NCBI GenBank assembly: GCA_963734495.1
Contig: CAVTHK010000001.1
Location: 448,001 to 512,000, forward strand
DNA from: an uncultured Spirochaetota bacterium
GTDB lineage: Bacteria; Spirochaetota; Spirochaetia; SZUA-6; CAVTHK01
Direction: 5' to 3'
Length of the DNA stretch: 64,000 nt
In this document: one piece after another, positions 9,431 to 19,097 of the stretch
Position numbering within the stretch: the stretch's first letter is position 1
Layout of the letters: every line of letters begins with the position of its first letter
Program-made: the position numbers and the translations under genes
Notes under the pieces: generated by a model
Told to the model about the DNA's origin: nothing
Seen by the model: the letters and a program-made list of their open reading frames with translations, nothing else
Database searches by the model: none

Positions 9431-10555
9431 ATGAAACACATACTGACTGTGGAAACAGGGGAGCACGATCGGGAGCAGTGCCCCGTGTCCGCGAGCATCC
9501 CGCGGGAGGCCTCGAGCGCGGCCGGCTCGATCCGACTCGTGAGGCGGGGGGACGGCAAGGAGATCCCGTGCCAGTGTCGCGAGACTGAAAGCGACCTGGT
9601 GGTCGAGTGGATCGTCGAGAAGGCGTTCCGCGGCGAGCGCCTCGTGTACGAGGCCGAGGTGTCCGAGAAGCCGCCCGCACGGGAGGCGCACGATGGGGTG
9701 CTGCTGCGCCAGACCAAGGACCAGATAGACGTTCTGATCTCGGGAACCCGCTTCTGCTCCTACTACCACGGACCGGCCACGCCCAAACCGTACCTCGGTC
9801 CGATCATGGGCCCGTTCGGCACGAGCCTCACGCGCCTGGATCTGCGGGCGACGGAGCACCCTCACCACCGCTCCCTCTGGGTCGGCCATGGGGAAGTGAA
9901 TGGGGTCGACTTCTGGGGCGAGCCGCGGGAGGGCAGGCCCGGAGTGCACGGGAGGCAGGTGCTCAAGAGCATCGACGCGCTGGTCCATGGCCCCGTGTAC
10001 GGCCTGCTCTCGGTGACCAACACGTGGGAGGCGCTGTCGGGCGAAGACGTGCTGCGGGAGGCGACCACGTTCAAGGTGTACGCGACCGCGGAGCACCTGC
10101 GGATTCTCGACGCGCGCATCGATCTCAAACCGATACGGCGCGACGTCCTTTTCGGCGGTACAAAGGAGGCGGGTCCGTTCGCGATCAGGGTGGCCGAAGG
10201 CATGAAGGTCGACAACGGCGGGTCGTTCGTCAACGGATGCGGCGGCGTCGAGGAGAAGGAATGCTGGGCCAAGCGCGCCCCCTGGTGCGATTACTACGGG
10301 GTCGAAGGCGGGCACATGTATGGCATCGCGGTCTTCGACAACCCCGCGAACGATTCGTATCCGACGACCTGGCACATCCGCAACTACGGCCTCATGTCGC
10401 CCAACTGCTTCCTGATGGGGCCGAGGACGGTCAAGGCCGGCGAGACGCTGTCGTTCCAGTACCGGGTCATCTTCCACACCGGGGACGTCCGCCAGGCCGG
10501 GATCGGCGACAGGTTCGACGACTATATCAACCCGCCGGTCGCGAGCGCGGAATAG
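9431..10555 (+). CDS. DUF6807 ('PmoA family') beta-sandwich protein
   Basis: KPYLGP, EHPHHRSLW, VNGVDFW, WCDYYG, WHIRNYGL. Confidence 0.75.
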   Translation: MKHILTVETGEHDREQCPVSASIPREASSAAGSIRLVRRGDGKEIPCQCRETESDLVVEWIVEKAFRGERLVYEAEVSEKPPAREAHDGVLLRQTKDQIDVLISGTRFCSYYHGPATPKPYLGPIMGPFGTSLTRLDLRATEHPHHRSLWVGHGEVNGVDFWGEPREGRPGVHGRQVLKSIDALVHGPVYGLLSVTNTWEALSGEDVLREATTFKVYATAEHLRILDARIDLKPIRRDVLFGGTKEAGPFAIRVAEGMKVDNGGSFVNGCGGVEEKECWAKRAPWCDYYGVEGGHMYGIAVFDNPANDSYPTTWHIRNYGLMSPNCFLMGPRTVKAGETLSFQYRVIFHTGDVRQAGIGDRFDDYINPPVASAE

Positions 10556-10560
10556 GGCCG

Positions 10561-10600
10561 CCGCACGGGGCGTCACAAGGCCGCACGAGGCCGCACGGGT
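10561..10600 (+). repeat. Four imperfect tandem 10-mers
   Basis: ccgcacgggg/cgtcacaagg/ccgcacgagg/ccgcacgggt, intergenic. Confidence 0.55.
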
Positions 10601-10621
10601 GCGGCAGCAGGCCCGAGAGGG

Positions 10622-11683
10622 GTGTGCGTGAAAGTTCTCTGCCTTGTCAACGAAAACGACCTCTTCAAGAAGACGACGCGGATACGCGACTTGTTCTTCT
10701 CCGACGAGGACTACGGCAAGCTGTCCGAGCTGGGGGAGATCGTCCGCGTCTCCGAAGAGGACGTGGCGAACATGCGGGAACCGCGGATCAGCAGGCGGAT
10801 GGAACAGATCCTCCCGACTGTCGATCTGATCTACCAGCAGAGCACCGTTATACCCGAGGACGTTTTCGCGCGCTACCCCCGCATCAAGGCGGTGGCGAAC
10901 GTCAGGGGCAGCTATCCGCCATACTCCCGCGCCTTCTATCGCGAGGCTCTCGGGCGCGGCCAGATCTTCCTGACCGGCGACCCTGCCTACGCCCCCTCGG
11001 TCGCGGAGCTCGCCCTGGGCCACGTGATCAACCTGCTGCGGAACATCGGCGGGTACCACGCGGACATGGTTGCCGGCCGCGAGCACTTCGCCTACTGCCG
11101 CGAGAACGAGGGAGACACGAGCCTTTTCGGCAAGCGAGTCGGGATCGTCGGGTTCGGCGCCGTCGGCCGCGCCTTCGCGTCGGTGCTGCAACCCTTCGGG
11201 GTGCGGATCATGGCGTACGACCCGTATGTGTCCGACGAAGCGGCACGACAGCTCGGGGCGCAGAAGGTCGAGCTGCCGCAGCTTCTGTCAGGCTCGGATG
11301 TGGTCGTGCTCATGGCCAATCCCAATCCGAGCAACCGTCAGCTGATCAACGCCGAGACCCTGGGCCTCATGAAAGCCGGCGCCCTGCTCGTCAACGTGGC
11401 GCGTTCCCACCTTGTCGACTACGCGGCGTTGATCGAGTGGCTGCGGGCGGGAAAGGGCAAGGCGGCTCTGGACGTCTACGAAAAGGAACCTCTCGAGAAG
11501 GACAGCGAGCTCAGGAAGGCTCCGAACCTGGTCCTCACGCCGCACCGCGCGGGCGGCATCGTCGATTCCTACCGCCGGATAGGACATTACCTGCTGCTGG
11601 ACTTCCAGGCGATCGCGGCCGGCCAGGAGCCGCGGTGGATGCGGCGGCTGACCCTGGAGAACATGGACGTGTACCTGTCCTGA
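10622..11683 (+). CDS. D-isomer-specific 2-hydroxyacid dehydrogenase
   Basis: VGIVGFGAVG, AYDPY, VNVAR, LDVYEKEP, LTPHRAG. Confidence 0.9.
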   Translation: MCVKVLCLVNENDLFKKTTRIRDLFFSDEDYGKLSELGEIVRVSEEDVANMREPRISRRMEQILPTVDLIYQQSTVIPEDVFARYPRIKAVANVRGSYPPYSRAFYREALGRGQIFLTGDPAYAPSVAELALGHVINLLRNIGGYHADMVAGREHFAYCRENEGDTSLFGKRVGIVGFGAVGRAFASVLQPFGVRIMAYDPYVSDEAARQLGAQKVELPQLLSGSDVVVLMANPNPSNRQLINAETLGLMKAGALLVNVARSHLVDYAALIEWLRAGKGKAALDVYEKEPLEKDSELRKAPNLVLTPHRAGGIVDSYRRIGHYLLLDFQAIAAGQEPRWMRRLTLENMDVYLS

Positions 11684-11706
11684 GCCTGCGCCCACTGGCG
11701 CAGGCT
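11683..11706 (+). terminator. 10-bp stem-loop
   Basis: AGCCTGCGCC-cact-GGCGCAGGCT. Confidence 0.45.
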
Positions 11707-11768
11707 TCGGCAGCCGCGCACAGGACCATCGCGGCCCGGCCGCGATACAGTCGACGACGGGAGGAGTC

Positions 11769-12185
11769 ATGGCAGACAGTCGCAAGCTCAGGTTCGTCGA
11801 GGAAGACGACGTCGAGACCCAGGTCTTCGACTGGGGAAGGCTCCGGTGGCTTTCCGAGCCCCGCGTCACGGAGGCCGAGCGATTCAGCGCGGGCATCGTC
11901 TCGCTCAGCCCCGGCAAGGGACATGAGAGGCACAATCACCCGGGCGTCGAGGAGATCCTCTACGTCGTCTCCGGCAAGGGCCGGCAGATGGTGGAGATCG
12001 ACGGCAGGCCCGTCGAGCGCGACATCGAAGCGGGGATGCTCATCCACCTCCCGCCCGACGTCTTCCACTCCACGGTGAACACCGGAAAGGCGCCGATGCG
12101 CCTGCTCGCCGTCTACGCGCCTCCCGGCCCCGAGGCCGAGTTGCGCGTGATGCCGGGAGTCCGGATCGAGCCGCCGAAGCGCTGA
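11769..12185 (+). CDS. Cupin domain protein
   Basis: GHERHNHPGVEEILYV and PPDVFHSTVN cupin motifs; GGAGGAG RBS. Confidence 0.88.
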   Translation: MADSRKLRFVEEDDVETQVFDWGRLRWLSEPRVTEAERFSAGIVSLSPGKGHERHNHPGVEEILYVVSGKGRQMVEIDGRPVERDIEAGMLIHLPPDVFHSTVNTGKAPMRLLAVYAPPGPEAELRVMPGVRIEPPKR

Positions 12186-12196
12186 CCGCGGACCCT

Positions 12197-13018
12197 CTAG
12201 AACGCGATCGCTTTGAACTTTCGGACCTGCTCCGTGATGGCCACCTCGGTGGGCAGCCGCTCCATGCTCGAAGCGCCGTAGAATCCGTGGACGCCGCGGG
12301 TGCGCTTGAGCACGAACTCCGCGTCCTCGGGCATCGCGATCGGCCCGCCGTGGCACAGGACGATCACGCGCGGGTTGACCGAGACCGCCGCGTCGCGCAG
12401 CTCCTGCACCTTCGCGACGCTCTGCTCGAGCGTGAGCGCGGTGGACGCCCCGATCGATCCCTTCGTGGTGAGCCCCATGTGGGCGACGATGATGTCCGCG
12501 CCCGCCGCGGCCATCGCGCGCGCCTCGGCCGCCGAAAAGACATAGGGCGTGGTGACGAGATCGATCCCGCGGGCAAGCCGGATCATCTCGACTTCCTTGT
12601 CGTAGCCCATCCCCGTCTCTTCGAGGTTCTGCCGGAACGTGCCGTCGATGAGGCCCACCGTCGGAAAGTTCTGCACGCCAGCGAAGCCCATCTCCTTGAG
12701 CTGCCTCAGGAACAGGGGCATGAGGCGGAAGGGGTCGGACGCGCACACCCCCGCGAGCACGGGGACCTTCTCGACCACGGTCAGCACCTCGGCCGCCATC
12801 TCGACCACCACGCCGTTGGCGTCGCCGTAGGGCATGAGCCCGGCCAGCGATCCCCTGCCGGCCATGCGGTAGCGGCCGGAGTTGTAGATGACGATGAGGT
12901 CGATGCCCCCGACCTCCTCGAACTTGGCGCTGATCCCCGTACCGGCCCCGCCCCCGATGATGGGCCGACCCGAATCGATCGCCCTGCGCAGGTTCCCGAG
13001 GACTTCGGCTCTCGTCAT
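12197..13018 (-). CDS. Phosphoenolpyruvate hydrolase-family TIM-barrel protein
   Basis: [48 protein letters not shown]. Confidence 0.9.
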   Translation of the reverse strand: MTRAEVLGNLRRAIDSGRPIIGGGAGTGISAKFEEVGGIDLIVIYNSGRYRMAGRGSLAGLMPYGDANGVVVEMAAEVLTVVEKVPVLAGVCASDPFRLMPLFLRQLKEMGFAGVQNFPTVGLIDGTFRQNLEETGMGYDKEVEMIRLARGIDLVTTPYVFSAAEARAMAAAGADIIVAHMGLTTKGSIGASTALTLEQSVAKVQELRDAAVSVNPRVIVLCHGGPIAMPEDAEFVLKRTRGVHGFYGASSMERLPTEVAITEQVRKFKAIAF

Positions 13019-14241
13019 CGCTTTCTCTCCTTCGCCTCTGCAATCAGCTCGAGCATCAGCGTCACGGCGCGCGCCGCGAAAGCGGGGTCGTTGATGTTGA
13101 CGTCCATCTCTTCGTAGGCGATGCCCGGCTTGAGGCCGCGCCTGATCTCGTCGAACATCGCGCGATCGGCCTCGCGGTCGCAGAACGGCTGCCCGTCGCC
13201 GTCCAGGATCGAGACGCCTCTCGCCGGCACGAGGAACGCGACGGGGCCGCTCGCCGCGTTGGCCCGCTCGGCGAACACCGCGCCCATCTTCCGGTTCTCC
13301 TCGATGTTCGTCCTCATGAGAGTCACCGACGGGTTCCACTCGTAGAAGAGGCGCCCCTGGTACTTCGCGGGCACCGTGGCACGGGGGCCGAAGTTCGCCA
13401 TGTCGACGCAGCCCGGGGCGATCAGGTGGGGAACGCCCCTGCGACCGGGAGCGCTCAAGCGGTCGGGGCCCGCGTCGAACACGCCGCCGCACACGGTATC
13501 GGCCCACTCGGTCGTGGTGATGTCCAGTACCGCGTCGACGAGCCCGTCGTCCACCAGCGACTCCATCGTGCGTCCGCCGGTGCCCGTCGCGTGGAACACC
13601 AGGACCTCGTAGCCCTTTGCCGAGAGAGCTTCCACGCACGCGTTGACGCACTCGGTGGTGTTCCCGAACATGCTCGCGGTGATCACCGGCTTTTCCGCCC
13701 CCGTCCGCGGCACCTTTGACCGGGCCATGCCGCAGACGGCCCCCGCCGCCCGCGTGTAGATCACCCGACTGATGCGGTTGACGCCGGCGACGTCCACGAT
13801 CGACGGAAACAGCACGACATCCTTGCTTCCCACGTAAGGCGAGGTGTCGGCGCCCGCCACCGTGGAGACGCACACCTTGGGGACGCCGAGCGGGAGCGCG
13901 CGCATCGCCGACGTGACGACGGTTGTGCCTCCGCTTCCCCCCATCCCGATGATGCCGTCGAAACGGCCGGCGTCGAACAGCTCCTTGACCACCCTGGCGG
14001 CGCCGGCGGTCATGACCTTCATCGCCAGCCCGCGGTCCTTTTTCGCCCGCAGGGACTCGATCGATTCGCCCCCGGCCTGGGCCAGGCGTGCCGCCGGTAC
14101 GTCGACGGGGAACGGGGCCGCGCCGCCGAGAATGCCCGTGTCCACCGCCAGGACCGAAGCCCCCTGCTCCAGGATCCGGTCGCGAAGAAACGCGTGGTCG
14201 GGCCCTTTCGTGTCGAAGGCGCCGATCATCAGGATCGTCAT
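13015..14241 (-). CDS. Tm-1-like ATP-binding domain protein (UPF0261)
   Basis: [45 protein letters not shown]. Confidence 0.9.
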   Translation of the reverse strand: MTILMIGAFDTKGPDHAFLRDRILEQGASVLAVDTGILGGAAPFPVDVPAARLAQAGGESIESLRAKKDRGLAMKVMTAGAARVVKELFDAGRFDGIIGMGGSGGTTVVTSAMRALPLGVPKVCVSTVAGADTSPYVGSKDVVLFPSIVDVAGVNRISRVIYTRAAGAVCGMARSKVPRTGAEKPVITASMFGNTTECVNACVEALSAKGYEVLVFHATGTGGRTMESLVDDGLVDAVLDITTTEWADTVCGGVFDAGPDRLSAPGRRGVPHLIAPGCVDMANFGPRATVPAKYQGRLFYEWNPSVTLMRTNIEENRKMGAVFAERANAASGPVAFLVPARGVSILDGDGQPFCDREADRAMFDEIRRGLKPGIAYEEMDVNINDPAFAARAVTLMLELIAEAKERKR

Positions 14242-14349
14242 GGCAGCCTCCCGTCGCGCAGCTCTTGTCGCCGACTACTGTAACTCCGCGGGCGCGCGCT
14301 GTCCAACGCCGCGCGTTGACGCAAGGGCGTCGCCATGTTATGGGACGCC

Positions 14350-15042
14350 ATGAAGACCATCGGCCTGCTCGGCGGCATGAGCTGGGAGTCGAGCCTCGAG
14401 TACTACAGGATCATCAATGAAGAAGTCAGCCGCCGCCTCGGCGGGCTGCACTCAGCCGAGTGCGTCATGTACTCGGTCGACTTCGCCCCGGTCGAGGAGC
14501 TGCTGCGCGCGGGCCGCTGGGACGCCATCGGCGACCTGCTGGCCGGCCACGCGCGCCGCCTCGAGGCGGCCGGGGCCGGAGTCATCCTGATTGCGACGAA
14601 CACGATGCACCACGTGGCCGACCGCGTGCGGGCCGCCGTCTCGGCGCCGCTGCTGCACATCGCCGACGCGACGGGCCGCGAGCTCGCCCGCGGGGGCTTC
14701 CGCAGGGTCGCGCTGCTGGGGACGCGCTTCACGATGGAGATGGACTTCTACCACCATCGGCTGCGGGAAGCCTACGCGGTCGAGACGCTGGTGCCCGACG
14801 AGAGGGCGCGCGTGGAGATCAATCGCGTGATCTTCGAGGAGCTGTGCCGGGGCGTGCTCGCGCCCGAGTCGCGCGAGACGGTGCTGGCCGCGATCGGAGA
14901 GCTGCGCGCCCGCGGCGCCGAGGCCGTCGTGCTCGGCTGCACGGAGCTGCCGCTGCTCGTGAAGCAGGCGGACTCGCCGCTGCCCGTGCTCGACACGATG
15001 CGCCTGCACGCGCTCGCGGCCGTCGACGCGGCGCTCGCGTAG
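14350..15042 (+). CDS. Aspartate/glutamate racemase (YgeA/RacX-like)
   Basis: [34 protein letters not shown]. Confidence 0.92.
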   Translation: MKTIGLLGGMSWESSLEYYRIINEEVSRRLGGLHSAECVMYSVDFAPVEELLRAGRWDAIGDLLAGHARRLEAAGAGVILIATNTMHHVADRVRAAVSAPLLHIADATGRELARGGFRRVALLGTRFTMEMDFYHHRLREAYAVETLVPDERARVEINRVIFEELCRGVLAPESRETVLAAIGELRARGAEAVVLGCTELPLLVKQADSPLPVLDTMRLHALAAVDAALA

Positions 15043-15052
15043 CCCCGACGCG

Positions 15053-15850
15053 CTACAGCCGACGCACGTCCGGCCGGTCGAGCAGCTCGACGCGGTTCCC
15101 CTCGGGGTCGAGCACGACGGCGACGCGGCCGATGCCGACCGCCGCTCCGTGGGGCGGGTCCGCCACGCGGACGCCGGAGCGGGAGAAATCGGCGACGGTG
15201 CGGTCGACGTCGTCGACGCGCAGCGCCAGGTACTGCAGGCGCTTTTCCGCAAGCGGCTCTGTCCCCGCGACCGCCACGAGCAGGAGCACGACCCGGCCGC
15301 ACGCGAGGTAGTCGAGCGTCATCTTCCGCTCGCGCACGTCGAAGCGCCTGATGTGCTTCGCCTCCAGGTGCCGCTCGTAGAACGCGCGCGAGCGCGCCGC
15401 GTCGGCCACCCGCAGCGCCACGCTGTAGGTGTCGGCGACGTGGCTGTTCATCCGCAGCTCGGAGAGCGGCTTGTTGAACCGGGGCTGGGCGAGCAGCTCG
15501 ACGCGGATGCCGTCGGGGTCCGAGAAGAACGCGACGCGGCCGACGCCGGAGCCGGCAGCCTTGGGCGGCACGGAGAACGCCACGCCGGCTGCCTTCATTT
15601 TTCCGTAAATCCCGTCCAGGTCGTCGACAGAGAAGGCGATGTGCTCGAGGCCGAGCCGGGCAGGGTCGGGCTTCCGCGGGCAGAGGAGCTCGACGACGCT
15701 CTCGCCGAGCTGCACGTAGCCGAGCCTGGTGTCGGAGCTCGCGATGTGCGCGCTGCGGATGAGCTCGCCGCCGAGCAGGCCCTGGTAGAATGCGAGCATC
15801 CCGTCGATGTCGCTGCAGAAGATGGCTGTGTGCTCGAGACCGGCGGACAT
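15053..15850 (-). CDS. VOC/glyoxalase family protein (two domains)
   Basis: LEHTAI..FY, EHIAFSVDD, FFSDPDGIRVEL and a second LDPEGNRVEL. Confidence 0.85.
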   Translation of the reverse strand: MSAGLEHTAIFCSDIDGMLAFYQGLLGGELIRSAHIASSDTRLGYVQLGESVVELLCPRKPDPARLGLEHIAFSVDDLDGIYGKMKAAGVAFSVPPKAAGSGVGRVAFFSDPDGIRVELLAQPRFNKPLSELRMNSHVADTYSVALRVADAARSRAFYERHLEAKHIRRFDVRERKMTLDYLACGRVVLLLVAVAGTEPLAEKRLQYLALRVDDVDRTVADFSRSGVRVADPPHGAAVGIGRVAVVLDPEGNRVELLDRPDVRRL

Positions 15851-15877
15851 GATGAGCCCTCCTCGACGGCTGCGGCG

Positions 15878-16718
15878 CTAACCCTTGATCGATCCCTCGG
15901 CCAGCCCCCTCACCAGGAGCTTCTGCGAGAGCGTGAACACCACGATGGCGGGGATGCTCATCAGGATCGAGGCCGCCATCAGCGGCCCCCAGTGGATCCC
16001 GGCCTCGTCGATGTAGAAGGCGAGCCCCACCGAGATCGTGCGCGTGGTCTTGTCCGTGGAGACGAGCAGAGCGAAGAGGAACTCGTTCCACGCGAGGATG
16101 AACGCGTACATCCCCACGGCCATGATGGCCGGGGTCGAGATCGGGAGGATGATGCGCACCAGCAGCCCGAGCGGCCCGCACCCGTCGACGATCGCCGCCT
16201 CCTCGATCTCGTGGGGCACGTTGTCGAAGAAGCCCTTGAGCAGCCACACCGAGATCGGCATGACCACCATCAGGTAGACGAGGATCAGGCCCTGGTAGCG
16301 TGTTCAGCAGCCTGAGGCTGCGCAGCGTGACGTAGAACGGCACGATGAGGGTGACGCGCGGCAGCACGCGCGTAAAGAGGATCGAGCCGAGCAGCGTCCC
16401 CGCGCCGGGGAACTTGTAGCGGGAGAACCCGTAGGCGGCGAGCACCCCGATCACGAGCGAGATGGCGGTCGAACCGAAGGAAATGATGGTCGTGTTCCTG
16501 AAGTAGCGCAGCATCGCCGAGTTGGTGAACACGCTCATGTAGTTGGCGAGCGTGACGGGCTTCGGCATCCACGCCGGCGGCATGGTGTACACGTCGTGGT
16601 CGGTCTTGAGCGACGTGCTCACTCCCCAGAGGATGGGCACGAGGCTGAAGACGCAGATGATCGCGGCCGAGGCGTAGGCGGCCGAGTGGGCAAGGCGCCG
16701 CGAGGCGGAGCGGGTCAC
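15878..16718 (-). CDS. Carbohydrate ABC permease (MalG-like), frameshifted near 16299
   Basis: Removing one base gives LLNTYQGLILVYL and joins the N-half to IEEAAIVDGC...AWNEFLFA. Confidence 0.85.
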
Positions 16719-17605
16719 GCGCGCCTCCGGCGCGCCGATGCCGGCACGTAGAGGAGGAAGCAGAGGATCGCCACGACGATGAGCACCGTGCTCACGGCCG
16801 AAGCGCCGGCGAAGTCGAAGTTGGTGAAGCCCAGCCTGTAGATGAAGAGGCCGAGGATCTCGGAGGCGCCGCCCGGACCGCCCCCGGTCATGATGAACAG
16901 CAGGTCAAAGGAGTTGAAGCCGCTGATCACCTCGAGGATCACGAGGATCACGATGACGTTCCGCAGGCTGGGCAGGGTGATGTGCAGGAACGCCTGCGCC
17001 GCGTTGGTCCCGTCGATCTTGCCCGCGTCGTAGAGGTCCTCCGAGATCCCCTGCATCCCGGCCAGGAGCATGATCATGACAAAGGGGTAGCCGGCCCAGG
17101 CGTAGGCCGTGAGGACGGAGCCGAGAGCGGTCTGCGGGCTGCCGAGCCAGTTCACCGCGAGCGAATCGAGCCCCCACTTCTTGAGAAAGCCGTTGACGAG
17201 GCCGATGTCCGACTGCAGCATCCACCGCCAGGTGTTCGCCGCCACGATCGAGGGGACGGTCCACGGCAGCAGGGCCAGCGTGCGCAGCAGCATCCTTCCC
17301 TTGACCTGGGCGTTGAGGGCAAGAGCCGCCCAGAAGCCGACCGTGAACCGGAAGATGATCGTGCCCACCACCCAGACGAGGGTGTTCCACAGCACCTGCG
17401 GCACCGCGGGCAGGGAGAAGACGCGTGTCACGTTCTGCAGGCCCACCCAGGTCGTGCGGAAGCTCGGCAGCTCGATCTTCGAAAAGCTGTAGATGAAGGT
17501 CCGCACCACCGGGTTGAACATCATGAGGAAGAGCACGATCGCGCACGGAAGCACGAAGAGGTAGGCTGCGGTGTACCCGCGTAACCTTCGGGCGCTGCGC
17601 TTCAA
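16715..17605 (-). CDS. Carbohydrate ABC permease (MalF-like)
   Basis: LLPWTVPS, LYDAGKIDG, ITLPSL, MTGGGPG. Confidence 0.92.
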   Translation of the reverse strand: MKRSARRLRGYTAAYLFVLPCAIVLFLMMFNPVVRTFIYSFSKIELPSFRTTWVGLQNVTRVFSLPAVPQVLWNTLVWVVGTIIFRFTVGFWAALALNAQVKGRMLLRTLALLPWTVPSIVAANTWRWMLQSDIGLVNGFLKKWGLDSLAVNWLGSPQTALGSVLTAYAWAGYPFVMIMLLAGMQGISEDLYDAGKIDGTNAAQAFLHITLPSLRNVIVILVILEVISGFNSFDLLFIMTGGGPGGASEILGLFIYRLGFTNFDFAGASAVSTVLIVVAILCFLLYVPASARRRRA

Positions 17606-17641
17606 TCGGGTCCTCGCTCGCTTTCGGAACTGCGGACTCGA

Positions 17642-17670
17642 GGCGGGCGCCCGGGGTCGCGGCGCCCGCC
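17642..17670 (-). terminator. 10-bp stem-loop between SBP and permease genes
   Basis: GGCGGGCGCC-N9-GGCGCCCGCC. Confidence 0.45.
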
Positions 17671-17701
17671 CTTCGTCACGCGTGACTGTCTGTTTCGAGC
17701 G

Positions 17702-18943
17702 CTACTTCCTGGCGGCGATGTCGTTCATCTGCTTCGCCATGTCGTCGGCGCCCTGCTTCGGGGTCTTGGTGCCCTGGAGGATCTTCTGCAGCTCGTTGAT
17801 GATCACGTTCGACATCTGGCCCCAGGCCGGGGTGTTGGGCAGCAGGCGCGCCCACTTGCCCGCGCGGAAGATCGGCTTGTACTCCGGCGCGTTCCACGGC
17901 GGCGCGGTGGTCGCCGAGATGCGCGCGGGCTGCCGGATCATGAGCGCCGACTGGTTGCGCGGCTCCACGAACCAGAACGCGAACTCGCGGGCCGCCGGCT
18001 GGTTCTTCGTGCCCACGGGCATGGTCAGCGCCCAGCCGCCGCCGCGGTTCCAGCCGTCCGGACTGACTTCGGGCGCCCACTTCACGTTAGGATTGGCCGC
18101 CAGCATCGTGAACTGCGCGGAGCTGCCGGGGAACATCGCCACCTTGTTGTTCATGAACATCGGCACGACGTCCTTGGTGATGGAGAAGTTGATGCTTCCC
18201 TCCGGGGCGACGTGGTACTTGGTGTAGAGCTCGGTCCAGAAGGTGATGCCGGCGAGCCCGCCCGGCTCGTTGAGGAGCGCCGTCTTGTTGTCGGGGGAGA
18301 GGAACTCGCCCTTGTTCGCCCAGACCACGGGCGCGAAAGAAGAGTAGACGTTGGCGGCGTCGCTCGGCGAAGCCGCGATGCCGACGCCGTACTTCTGGCC
18401 GGGGACCGTGATCTTCCGCGCCATCGCGAGCATGTCCTGGTAGGTCCAGCCCTCTTTCGGGTACTGGAGGCCGGCCTCGTCGAACATCGTCTTGTTGTAG
18501 AAGTAGACGCCCGTCGCCCCGCGGTGGGGGATGGCATAGAGCTTGCCGTTGACCACGCTCGCGCTCCAGATCCCCTTGTCGAAGTCCTCCACGTCGAGGT
18601 TTTTGATGTAGGCGTCCCAGGTCTCGAGCAGGTTGCGGCCCGCGACGTCGGCGATCATCGTGGCGTCGAAGGCGATGATGTTCGCGGCGCTCCCGCCGAG
18701 GATCGAAGTGACCATCTTTTCCTGGTAGCCGTTGATCGGGAACACCTCGATCTTGAGCTTGTTGTTGGGGTGCTCCTTCTCGTAGGCGGCGACGACCTTC
18801 TGGGCCGGTTCCCCGTCCCACCAGCTCCCGAGCCAGACGCTGATCGTGACGGGACCTTCGGAGGCCCGCTCCGCGTCGCCGGTGGCGTACGCCAGCGCGA
18901 CGGTCGCCGCGATCAGGACCGACAGAACGACGCTTCTTTTCAC
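17702..18943 (-). CDS. Sugar ABC transporter substrate-binding protein
   Basis: AGGAG then GTG start, signal peptide, GKLYAIP, FYNKTMFDEAG, AMFPG, GGGWAL. Confidence 0.9.
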   Translation of the reverse strand: MKRSVVLSVLIAATVALAYATGDAERASEGPVTISVWLGSWWDGEPAQKVVAAYEKEHPNNKLKIEVFPINGYQEKMVTSILGGSAANIIAFDATMIADVAGRNLLETWDAYIKNLDVEDFDKGIWSASVVNGKLYAIPHRGATGVYFYNKTMFDEAGLQYPKEGWTYQDMLAMARKITVPGQKYGVGIAASPSDAANVYSSFAPVVWANKGEFLSPDNKTALLNEPGGLAGITFWTELYTKYHVAPEGSINFSITKDVVPMFMNNKVAMFPGSSAQFTMLAANPNVKWAPEVSPDGWNRGGGWALTMPVGTKNQPAAREFAFWFVEPRNQSALMIRQPARISATTAPPWNAPEYKPIFRAGKWARLLPNTPAWGQMSNVIINELQKILQGTKTPKQGADDMAKQMNDIAARK

Positions 18944-19033
18944 GGGGGATCTCCTGTGGAGGCAAGATTGCCGGACGGGAGGCACGGGGTCAAGCTGAAG
19001 GTTGTCAGGCTTGCCTCCCGCCCGGCAACCCGC

Positions 19034-19063
19034 ATGTTAGTGACTTCGGTGCATTCATGTCAA
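19034..19063 (-). promoter_or_regulatory. Sigma70-type promoter of the sugar ABC operon
   Basis: Minus strand TTGACA-N18-TAACAT inside an AT-rich patch. Confidence 0.6.
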
Positions 19064-19097
19064 TATTTTTCAGCAATCGAAACGTGCCACCCTGAAA

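Noticed and set aside
9431-10555. Particulate methane monooxygenase
   Set aside because: The family name is misleading; this is a soluble protein with no transmembrane helices and no pmoC/pmoB nearby
9607-12078. Long alternative-frame and antisense ORFs (e.g. 823 aa here, 55751-57955, 24404-26338)
   Set aside because: Arg/Gly/Pro-rich shadows of real genes, expected because stop codons are scarce at high GC
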